Positions 18,111 through 25,972 of a stretch of DNA of 35,586 nt are shown here, one piece after another (the stretch's first letter is position 1; every line of letters starts with the position of its first letter). The position numbers and the translations under genes were made by a program. Source of the stretch: a virus; IMG/VR virus record IMGVR_UViG_3300033066_002009, positions 72,961 through 108,546 of that record, one strand, 5' to 3'. The notes below the pieces were generated by a model, which saw only the letters and a list, made by a program, of their open reading frames with translations, did no database searches and was not told where the DNA came from.

Positions 18111-21024
18111 TGCCGCTCATACCCTTGAGGACGTTAGCGTTCTGGCTCAGACGGAGAACCAGATCACCCATGTCTCGGTGAGTTGTCAGAAGCTTGTCTT
18201 CAAGCTCTGAATAGCCCTCTTCACCAATTTCAGTCTTAAGGGCACTCTCCTGCATCCACATTGTGAGAATAATTCTCGCGAGGTTGTCTAGGGCCTTTTC
18301 AAGGTTCGGAACGTACTGACTGACGAGTTCCTTGACCATAGGAGACTGCGCCAAAGCGGAGACCGCAGCTGCGTCGAATACGTCTCCGTTTGCCAGCTGT
18401 GCAGCTTGTCCCAAGAATTGCGGATTAATCTGCTGCTCGAGCATGTGGTTGTTAAATCCATCCTCCGACATCATGGCCTGCGGCGGCCCGCCCATCATCG
18501 ATGGATCCTGGCCCATTCCAGACATTCCGCCGCCCATGCCCATCGAAGGATCGGCACCCATCGGGCCAATCGGACTCTGGGACATATTTGGGTCCATCAT
18601 GCTGCCCATCTGAGGCATCTGCATGCCAGGAGCACCCCCCATCATCGAAGGGTCCATGCTTCCCTGCGGGGGCATTCCACCCATCGTCGACGGGTCCATA
18701 CCGCCCATTTGCGGAGAAGGACCTGGGTACATCGGCTGACCCATGCCCGATGGTTGCTGCGGCTGTCCCATAGGGGCGCCAGTCGCCATGTTAACCGACG
18801 GAGGCGGGGCACCCATGGCTTGGGTTTGAACGGACGGCATAGGCGCCGCACCACCCGCAATTTCCTGAGATCTGGCAGCGATCTGCTGCACAAGCATCAT
18901 CTTCTCAGTGAGCTTTTGGATTTCCTGCTCAATCTGCTGAGACGCTTCCATAGCTGCTAGGTCAGTGGGAGAGGGTGGCGGAGGCGCCATTGGAGCACCG
19001 CCCATCATTGATGGATCACCGCCCATTGACGGGTCCATGGAAGGGTCTCCTCCCATGGAAGGATCATCACCGCCCGCCATAGGGTCACCGCCGCCGCTAC
19101 CAGGAGGTCCATCCTTCTTCGGAGGAGCCTTCTTCTTGTCCCCCCCACTATCCTTCTTCTTCGAAGAATCCTCGTCCCCCGCTCGTTTTTCGAGCTTGGT
19201 CCGCGCCATCCGGATTTGATATGGCGCAGCGACGATAAACTGCGCGATGCCGTCAGAGGCTGCCTTTTCGAGGATGGCTTCTGATTCTTCAACCGTCAAA
19301 TTGAGGCCGCCTGCTAGGTAGCGAAGGGCCGAAATCTTATCGACAGCCTGAGTTCCATTGACAGAGAACTGTCCGTGGCCGGCATTCTTTACTGCGGACT
19401 TCTGTGCACCAACAGACAGCAAAGACGAGACTGTCGCGTGTGTTAGATCCATCGCAGAAGTGAACAGGTCACGGGCGTAGACCCGGTCTTTTAGTGGCAC
19501 CCACGCGAAATCGGCGGGTACGTAAGTGATGTTAGAGAACTGCGGCATCCAGATAGAGCCGAACGCGTTCGCAGGATCGGTTACCAGGGTCTTCTCTTCT
19601 CCCCAGCCTTCTGCGCTCGTGGCCAAGATGCGGCGTACGCCGTCTGAGCCTGTCGTAACTGATTTGATGTTGAGAGGGCAAGTGGCCTGAAATGACGTGC
19701 CCTTTGCGCGAACAAAGAAGCCAAGTCCCGTCTTTGGTGCCGCTCCGTCCGTCACACCGAACAGTGAAGAGTAGAGCTTTCCGCCGGAAAGATCATCTGC
19801 AATTGATGCGCGGCCAACAAGGCGGTCGACCATTGAATAATCGCCGTTGCCGAAAACCGCCATGTAACGCGGAGTATCGTGGGGGGTAAGCTCGTCTGCG
19901 AGATTCGGGCGGCCCTCCGGATATACGCGAGTGTTGACACGGCCATGAACCTCGTGATCGTGATGGTCAACACCTCCCGGGGTTGGATCTGTATAGGAAT
20001 TGTCAACCATCGGATTGCGCGCCGGAACGACCGGCTTTCGGCCGTAGCGGGTCGCATGGCCAAACAGGTTCACCGGGTTCGGCATTACAAATGCCGTAGC
20101 CTCGCTCATGTCTGTTTTGTAGAGGTTGTACACACCGGGCGTGGTGGGTTCTACGTATTGCTCGTACGGCTGCACCTTCATAGCCACATTGTGAAACGCC
20201 CGCTCGTCTTTCGCCGCGTACCCCTTCAGCTTCACACCAGAGTACGCCTCGCCGGAACGTTCTCCGAAGATGCGCTTAAACTCGGAAGGCTTTGTGTCCT
20301 TGTCCGCAATCCAAAGAGCGCCGCCATAATTCTGCTTTGCGGCAACCTTCTCTTGTCGAAGAACTACAGCATCTCGAAGTGCTGAAATACCGTAGATCGC
20401 AACAGCGGTCTTCAGAAGGTCTGGGTTCCGCTCGAGAGTATTCACGAACGCTTGCTTAACGCGATTCGGGGCGCGGTCAAGAAACCCTAGAAGCATTGGA
20501 CGGTACTCTTGCGCCGTTTTTTCAATGCCGCCGATGTATGCCGCGTAGGAGAACCTTCCAGTGACGGGAGGCACTACGACGTTTCGAATGTCTACATCGG
20601 AGTAAAGGGTTTCGGGAGTCTTTACGCCCTTGCCCAATTCTCCCATAGACATCTTATCAATCTCGTCCAGCCACCCCTTTGTAAGGGGCAAAAAGACGTT
20701 TAGCGACTTGTGGTAGACAATCTCTAGGGGCTTGGTGTTGTTGTCCGCCATCACGACGGGGATGTACAGTGTCTGGCCCTGGCGCTGGATAATAAACGCA
20801 CCTACGCCACTGCCTTCATCGATGTCAGTGTTGATCACCCTGAACGTGACCACGTTTTCGACAAGGTCCGGCAGCTTAGAAAGAAGAAGGTTGTAGGCGG
20901 CCTGTGAAAACCCCTGCTCAAACAGGGCGGTTACCTGGTCGGGGCCCGCGTCCTGTTGCATCTGCATCTGCTGGGTCTTCGGCGACATCGCCATGGGCCC
21001 CATCTGCGGCATCGGCATCGTCAA
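18097..21024 (-). CDS. Large virion protein with a ~290-aa M/G/P/Q-rich low-complexity domain (975 aa). It could be a portal or an internal-core protein.
   Basis: The N-terminal ~620 aa look globular. MGGDPSM-type repeats follow, then a helical C-terminal tail. It sits just downstream of an intrinsic terminator and has a GAGG SD. Confidence 0.65.
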   Translation of the reverse strand: MTMPMPQMGPMAMSPKTQQMQMQQDAGPDQVTALFEQGFSQAAYNLLLSKLPDLVENVVTFRVINTDIDEGSGVGAFIIQRQGQTLYIPVVMADNNTKPLEIVYHKSLNVFLPLTKGWLDEIDKMSMGELGKGVKTPETLYSDVDIRNVVVPPVTGRFSYAAYIGGIEKTAQEYRPMLLGFLDRAPNRVKQAFVNTLERNPDLLKTAVAIYGISALRDAVVLRQEKVAAKQNYGGALWIADKDTKPSEFKRIFGERSGEAYSGVKLKGYAAKDERAFHNVAMKVQPYEQYVEPTTPGVYNLYKTDMSEATAFVMPNPVNLFGHATRYGRKPVVPARNPMVDNSYTDPTPGGVDHHDHEVHGRVNTRVYPEGRPNLADELTPHDTPRYMAVFGNGDYSMVDRLVGRASIADDLSGGKLYSSLFGVTDGAAPKTGLGFFVRAKGTSFQATCPLNIKSVTTGSDGVRRILATSAEGWGEEKTLVTDPANAFGSIWMPQFSNITYVPADFAWVPLKDRVYARDLFTSAMDLTHATVSSLLSVGAQKSAVKNAGHGQFSVNGTQAVDKISALRYLAGGLNLTVEESEAILEKAASDGIAQFIVAAPYQIRMARTKLEKRAGDEDSSKKKDSGGDKKKAPPKKDGPPGSGGGDPMAGGDDPSMGGDPSMDPSMGGDPSMMGGAPMAPPPPSPTDLAAMEASQQIEQEIQKLTEKMMLVQQIAARSQEIAGGAAPMPSVQTQAMGAPPPSVNMATGAPMGQPQQPSGMGQPMYPGPSPQMGGMDPSTMGGMPPQGSMDPSMMGGAPGMQMPQMGSMMDPNMSQSPIGPMGADPSMGMGGGMSGMGQDPSMMGGPPQAMMSEDGFNNHMLEQQINPQFLGQAAQLANGDVFDAAAVSALAQSPMVKELVSQYVPNLEKALDNLARIILTMWMQESALKTEIGEEGYSELEDKLLTTHRDMGDLVLRLSQNANVLKGMSGNARS
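18440..19200. repeat. Imperfect short tandem repeats that encode the M/G/P/S/Q low-complexity tract
   Basis: Repeated ccgcccat/ccatcgatgg-like units. This also explains the long His/Arg-rich antisense ORFs in the track. Confidence 0.5.
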
Positions 21025-21037
21025 TCCTCGTATCGTT

Positions 21038-21092
21038 CAAAAAACTAAAACGCCTCCGGCGCGTGGCCACCGGCCCTCGCGAACGGAGGCGT
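21038..21092 (-). terminator. Rho-independent terminator on the minus strand
   Basis: ACGCCTCCG and CGGAGGCGT form a 9-bp stem around a GC-rich loop, followed by TTTTAGTTTTTT. Only 13 nt separate it from the next start codon, so readthrough is likely. Confidence 0.55.
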
Positions 21093-21115
21093 CATTCAAC
21101 CTCTTGAGCCGTTGT

Positions 21116-22411
21116 TTAGGCGCGAGAGGCTGCAGCGTTTACGATTGCCCTAAGCCGGAGGCCTAGGTCACTCGCCTCCTTCTTGTCATCGTCCTTCTTG
21201 CACTCACAAGGCGACTTACCACACTTCTCGCACTTGTCGTCCTTCTTCTCGGAGTCCTTCTTCTCAGGCTCCTTCTCACTCATGTTGGCCATGAAGGCCG
21301 GGAGTCCGCCGTCCTCCGCCTTCTTCTGATTGGCCTTGGCGCCATCATAGCCCGAGTATCCACTGGTGTACTTCGGGGAGCCTGGAACGAACTCCGGATT
21401 TGCGTTAGCAGCGGTCTTCGACGCGATCTTCTGGTGGAGCCCGTGGATGTAGTGGGCCTTCTCAGCAACGTCTAGATCCATCATCGCCTGAATGTGACCG
21501 ATCTTCTCGTCTTCACCTAGACCATTGGGAAGATACGGCACGATTTCCCGGGCAGCCTTGCGGAACACTTCAACATATCCCGCGGCCTTGGCCGAATGCT
21601 GTGTCAACGAGTTGCTGCCGTCGACGGAGCGGCTGGGCCCGTTGGGCATCGCCATTTCCTTGCCCACGATGGCAGGGCCGGTGACGAGGCCCGGAATTGC
21701 GCCGGGTGCACCCTGATGCGGCAGAACCGCGTAACCAGCTGGGCGGGCAGCCAGGTCCATCTTGCCTTCGGCAGTGGTGGGCTCCTTGTTGCCCTTGTCG
21801 CCCCCTTCAATGTTCGAGCCCATTGCAATCTTGCGCAGGGCCTCAGCAAGTGAAGAGGTCTTGGACGCGTCAATCACCGTGTTATCGCCAGACGGCGAAT
21901 TAGCGGGTGCCGCAGGATGGGGCTCTTCCTTGCCGACGGCGCCAGGGCGCGTGTCGACCTCAGTCTTGCCCGCACCGCCAGCTCCGTTCTCGCCCTGTGC
22001 GGCGTAGCCGTCCGGACGTGCCTTCTCGTCCATCTTGCCTTCCGCGGTAGTGCGCTCGGTGTTGCCCTTGTCGCCGCCTTCATAGTTCGAGCCCTCAGCG
22101 AGCTTCATCAAGTGGAGCGCATGAACCTGCGCAACCTTTGACAGATCCTGCTGAGACGCAACCTTAGCGGTCGGGCCCGGCCGGTAGCCCTGCTGGGCCA
22201 GTTCCGCCGAAGCGTCGATAAGGTGCTCGGCGATCTTGGCCGTCACTTCACGTGACACACTGGCCGCCTGGAAGCCGTTCATTACATCAAAATCGACGTT
22301 GTCGGCGATGTAATCCGCGATCTTCGCGGCTGAATCTTCGTCGGGGTATGCAGCGTGCCCGGCCTGTACCAGCGCACCCTGAATTCCGCGAACGTATGCC
22401 TTCTTGAACAT
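21116..22411 (-). CDS. N-motif protein with a ~91-aa internal tandem duplication and a Lys/Cys-rich tail (about 431 aa from MFKKAY)
   Basis: The repeat units are GSNYEGGDKGNTERTTAEGKMD... and GSNIEGGDKGNKEPTTAEGKMD.... The C-terminus carries CEKCGKSPCECK. SD GGGAGA precedes the ATG at 22411. Confidence 0.6.
   Translation of the reverse strand: MFKKAYVRGIQGALVQAGHAAYPDEDSAAKIADYIADNVDFDVMNGFQAASVSREVTAKIAEHLIDASAELAQQGYRPGPTAKVASQQDLSKVAQVHALHLMKLAEGSNYEGGDKGNTERTTAEGKMDEKARPDGYAAQGENGAGGAGKTEVDTRPGAVGKEEPHPAAPANSPSGDNTVIDASKTSSLAEALRKIAMGSNIEGGDKGNKEPTTAEGKMDLAARPAGYAVLPHQGAPGAIPGLVTGPAIVGKEMAMPNGPSRSVDGSNSLTQHSAKAAGYVEVFRKAAREIVPYLPNGLGEDEKIGHIQAMMDLDVAEKAHYIHGLHQKIASKTAANANPEFVPGSPKYTSGYSGYDGAKANQKKAEDGGLPAFMANMSEKEPEKKDSEKKDDKCEKCGKSPCECKKDDDKKEASDLGLRLRAIVNAAASRA
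21646..22111. repeat. Intragenic tandem duplication of about 275 bp, two copies
   Basis: The DNA copies cccttgtcgcccccttcaatgttcgagcc (~21781) and cccttgtcgccgccttcatagttcgagcc (~22061) lie ~280 bp apart. Confidence 0.5.
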
Positions 22412-22492
22412 GTCGTATCTCCCGTTCAACCGCGGTTATGGTCGGTCAACGCGTTGCTGGAAATAATAGTCCAGTATCACGCGATGCACAAA

Positions 22493-22699
22493 TTATAGAA
22501 TAGGCTTCGCATTTGGGGCGATCGGAGCGCTCATAGCATGCACAGGATTCCCTGACGATCCTGCTGCGGCTCCTGGTGCCGGTGTCGGCCCCGCATTGAT
22601 GGATTTCATTGGAAATTGCCCTACGCCAATAGCAGCGCTTCCTAGTTTAAATCGAGCAATCTTGGCGTTCCAGCCGGTGATATACGCGTCTTGAATCAT
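22493..22699 (-). CDS. Small protein with the shared N-terminal motif (68 aa)
   Basis: N-terminus is MIQDAYITGWNAKIARFKLGSAA. TGATG overlap with the upstream gene. Confidence 0.45.
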   Translation of the reverse strand: MIQDAYITGWNAKIARFKLGSAAIGVGQFPMKSINAGPTPAPGAAAGSSGNPVHAMSAPIAPNAKPIL

Positions 22700-23346
22700 C
22701 AGTAAGAACTCACTTGGCCGTAGGGTTGATAAGGAATTTCTTCCTGGAGCGGCGCTTGCTGCGCCGCGAATTGTTCTTGAGCCAGTTGGGGCCGGGGCTT
22801 ACTGCCCAGGAGATGGCCAACACCGCGACCAAGGCGCTCTCCGGCTCCACCGCCAAAATGTGCTCCTACCATGCCCCCCATGCCGAACCCGACGAGGTTT
22901 CCGGCCTCCCGGCCTGCCGTGCTAAGAACATTCGTCATGGTGCCCTCGTTAGGGTCCCCTTGTCCGAGCGCCGCGCCACCAATTGCCATCGCAGGCAGCC
23001 CTACGCCTAGTCCCCGCCATAGCCATTTCCCTGCGCGTTGGTGGAGCTTGTCGGGTGGCATAAGTGACCCGTTAAGCATGTGCGGGGCGTTGTGGATCGT
23101 CGGCCATAGCGCTTCCCGTACAGCACCGCCGCGCCGGAATGCGTCGCCAGACACTAAATGAGAGATGCCTTCGGCCGGATTTCTCATGCGGCCGACCGCC
23201 ATGTTTATCCCGCCGTCCAAAAGCCCTTTCCCCCATCCCATAGCTTTTTGGCCAAGGGATGCCGCTGCCGCAGAGGGAGCGGCTGTCTTTACGCCATAGC
23301 GCGAAAGACTGCGGTTAAAAGAGGCGTTGTAAACGGTTTGTAGCAT
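22699..23346 (-). CDS. G/A-rich protein with the shared N-terminal motif (215 aa)
   Basis: N-terminus is MLQTVYNASFNRSLSRYGVKTAA. TAATG overlap with the beta'-C gene. Confidence 0.55.
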   Translation of the reverse strand: MLQTVYNASFNRSLSRYGVKTAAPSAAAASLGQKAMGWGKGLLDGGINMAVGRMRNPAEGISHLVSGDAFRRGGAVREALWPTIHNAPHMLNGSLMPPDKLHQRAGKWLWRGLGVGLPAMAIGGAALGQGDPNEGTMTNVLSTAGREAGNLVGFGMGGMVGAHFGGGAGERLGRGVGHLLGSKPRPQLAQEQFAAQQAPLQEEIPYQPYGQVSSY

Positions 23347-25151
23347 TAGTACGTTCCGGTAGGCCCTTCACCGAATTCTCCGCCAAACGCATATGCGGGA
23401 ACAGGGTTAGTTCCGTGAACCTTACTTGAATCAGAACGGTGAGCGCCCGCAAGAAGGCCCTCTCCGAGGAACCGGTGTGCGAGCCGCGCCATCCAGTCCG
23501 GATTTAGTAGCGGAGTGCGTTCAGCAGGGCGCATGAAGGGCTCTACAAGTGGCGCTTTGTGGGCAATGTGAACGCGCGTCACGTGATTCCGTTTTAAGTC
23601 GTCCTCAACGCTCTTAGTGATTCGGGTGCCCGCTGTGAAGTGGAGCACGTCATCCGCTAGGGTTTCCCCGAGAGCGTCCTCAAGTGGCAACTCTTTTCGC
23701 GAGCCGGCCAAGAACGTTTTATATTTATTGTAGTCGATGATGTCACCGCGCGTGAGCCCATTATCCTCGTCATCCCCTGTATCTACTACACGGACGTGGT
23801 TCAGAATCGATTTAGCCATTGTTTCAAAGTGGCGCTTGTCGATCTCAATTCCCTGGCTTTTGTAGATGTTGAACATTGCATCGGTGAGGTACTTGCGGCC
23901 CGCACCAAGGCCTTTGTATTGAACTACTTCATTTGGGCGAGGGATTCCATCGGAAAGGGCGTCACCGGACTCTACTTTCTGCCCCATTGATACAACGACA
24001 TCTAGGCTTGGCTCGATATAGTGTCTCTCACTGTCAACCCAAACGTAGTGTCCGCCTTGCGGTGCGGTTTCAATCTTCGTTACGGTTCCGTCGTGGAAGG
24101 CCAAGGCCGCCGCATGAAGAAATGACTTCGGAATCTGAAGCATCTGCTCCACACCCTTAACGCCTTCAACGGTCTTTTCTTTTTTAAGCTTGGCAAGATC
24201 CTTCGCGTGCTTGGCGCCTAGTGCGAACTGCGTCAAGGGTTCCGCCATGGACTGCGCGGCTCGGACACCAATATTGGTACCAATCGCGTGCAGGCGACCA
24301 TACGGATCTAGCCCTTCGCACTTCTGACAAAGGCCGTCATTCATCTCACATGTCATTGGCGAGCGAACGATCACGTCACCGCCAAGTGCTTTCAATTCAG
24401 AGGCAATATGTGGAGTAACCATGGTGCCCGCTTTGACGGTTCCCTTGTCATGTGCGGTGTACCGGTCGATGATGTGCGGGTCGTCCGTGTGCATCGCAAG
24501 GCCGTTGCGTGTCCCGCAATCGTTTTGGACGATCAACTTGTCAGCCATGTTGTTGACCAGGATCTTTCCGAGGTCTCCCGGTTCCGAGACGGCTGTTCGC
24601 GTCTTAATTTCGTTTACTCGAGCCTCTGTCATGGCGGCCCACGCCTCTGAAGGGCGAAGACCCTCCGCATAGCTTCGAATAATCGGCCACGGAATAACTT
24701 GGTCTTTGTCGCCAGACGCGAGTACGGGAGCAGCAACACTTCGCATCAACTGCGGAAAATTTCCTCGGCCGCCGGATCGGGCCATCTCACCCATCGAGCC
24801 TGGATGGCGCTTTGTCAACTCAATCATCGGGGCGAGGCCTTTGATCAAAGCCTGTTGCTTGTCGACTACAGACTTTGCCTTATGAAAATCCGCTAGAATT
24901 GGCTTCATAATGGCGTCACGCTGCTCATACATTGGCGTGATGTCATCGATACCCACAGAGATCCCCTCCAACGTGGAGATTTCGTCGCCTAGGCGCTTGA
25001 GGGAAGAGACGATCCCTGGGTACTCATCAGGCTTGGTTCGGGCCAAGTCGACAAGGATGTCCCGCATGCGGCCCTTCGTCAGGGGGCCCTTCCCGTCATA
25101 TTCTTTTGGGAGAACGTCGTAGACAAGGCGCTCCCCGAGAGAAGTCGCCAT
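23346..25151 (-). CDS. RNA polymerase beta' subunit, C-terminal half (rpoC2/A''-like split subunit, 601 aa)
   Basis: The segment RSPMTCEMNDGLCQKCEG...HAIGTNIGVRAAQSMAEPLTQFALGAKH matches the bacterial beta' region around the trigger loop (VRSxxTCE..GxCxKCYG..GxxxGxIAAQSIGEPGTQ). Confidence 0.85.
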   Translation of the reverse strand: MATSLGERLVYDVLPKEYDGKGPLTKGRMRDILVDLARTKPDEYPGIVSSLKRLGDEISTLEGISVGIDDITPMYEQRDAIMKPILADFHKAKSVVDKQQALIKGLAPMIELTKRHPGSMGEMARSGGRGNFPQLMRSVAAPVLASGDKDQVIPWPIIRSYAEGLRPSEAWAAMTEARVNEIKTRTAVSEPGDLGKILVNNMADKLIVQNDCGTRNGLAMHTDDPHIIDRYTAHDKGTVKAGTMVTPHIASELKALGGDVIVRSPMTCEMNDGLCQKCEGLDPYGRLHAIGTNIGVRAAQSMAEPLTQFALGAKHAKDLAKLKKEKTVEGVKGVEQMLQIPKSFLHAAALAFHDGTVTKIETAPQGGHYVWVDSERHYIEPSLDVVVSMGQKVESGDALSDGIPRPNEVVQYKGLGAGRKYLTDAMFNIYKSQGIEIDKRHFETMAKSILNHVRVVDTGDDEDNGLTRGDIIDYNKYKTFLAGSRKELPLEDALGETLADDVLHFTAGTRITKSVEDDLKRNHVTRVHIAHKAPLVEPFMRPAERTPLLNPDWMARLAHRFLGEGLLAGAHRSDSSKVHGTNPVPAYAFGGEFGEGPTGTY

Positions 25152-25153
25152 GG

Positions 25154-25540
25154 TTAACCGAACATCCCCCCGAGGTCATGCTTCATGCGCGCTGTGTTGA
25201 TGTAGGGCATGTCGTTTTGGTCCGGGGCGGTGGCGCGGCCAAGCATGCCCGCGCCAAGAAGGGCGCCACCGCCTAGGGCCATGCTGGGCAATAGACCTTT
25301 TGCGGCCCCCATCGCCTGGCTACGGCCAAGCGCTCTCACGCCTTCTTGAACACCTGGGACTCCCGACGAGTGCATCATCCCGTTGATTCCGGTGCCAAGA
25401 TCGCGCATGTGGCTGCCTTGACCCCCTAGGAAACGACCAACAGCGCTGCCCATGTTTCCGAGGGAAAACGCTTCCTTCTTGATGCCGTAGCGGTGTAGCG
25501 CCGCGGTCATACCAACTTCGTAGGCTTGCTTGATGGTCAT
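25154..25540 (-). CDS. Small protein with the shared N-terminal motif (about 128 aa from MTIKQAYEV)
   Basis: N-terminus is MTIKQAYEVGMTAALHRYGIKKEAF. TAATG overlap with the upstream ORF. The longer track ORF (from 25630) would overlap its neighbour by 90 nt. Confidence 0.5.
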   Translation of the reverse strand: MTIKQAYEVGMTAALHRYGIKKEAFSLGNMGSAVGRFLGGQGSHMRDLGTGINGMMHSSGVPGVQEGVRALGRSQAMGAAKGLLPSMALGGGALLGAGMLGRATAPDQNDMPYINTARMKHDLGGMFG

Positions 25541-25965
25541 TAGAACACAGCTCCATTGGATGCGCCGCCTGCCGGATTTCCTAGGACGTCTCCAGAGTTT
25601 CCGGCGGCAGGGTGGGTAGCAGGGCCCCATGACGTTGAGCGGTCAAGGGGATCTTTCTTCGCGCTTGGGTCGATAGTTCCTGGCGGCTGGGGCAGCGACT
25701 GAAGAAACGCGGCCAACGCTTCCGCTGGAAGGTGATCGTCTGCCTGTGGCTCTAACGGAGCGAGCCCATGTTCCGCGCTCTTTCCGGCACCTTTTTCAGA
25801 GACGTTCCGTAGGGTTCCGTCCATCCCATGGAATCCGCGAAATGGCCGAATCTTCAGACGGACTTCGTCTGACGCCGCAGTCTTTACCCCAAAACGGGAA
25901 AGAGCAGCCCACGCCGCAACCTTGTAGATGTGGGTGATGGAGCAATTATTTGGCATGTACGGCAC
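25540..25965 (-). CDS. Small protein with the shared N-terminal motif (141 aa)
   Basis: Carries ...ITHIYKVAAWAALSRFGVKTAA. It lies 8 nt downstream of the RNAP fusion gene. Confidence 0.5.
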   Translation of the reverse strand: MPYMPNNCSITHIYKVAAWAALSRFGVKTAASDEVRLKIRPFRGFHGMDGTLRNVSEKGAGKSAEHGLAPLEPQADDHLPAEALAAFLQSLPQPPGTIDPSAKKDPLDRSTSWGPATHPAAGNSGDVLGNPAGGASNGAVF

Positions 25966-25972
25966 GTTCTAA

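Noticed and set aside
18406-18960. 184-aa His/Arg-rich plus-strand ORF, and neighbours 18332-18613, 18501-18773, 18965-19219
   Set aside because: They are antisense to the repeat-encoding low-complexity tract of the 975-aa gene. The repetitive DNA keeps a frame open by chance, and there is no SD or promoter.
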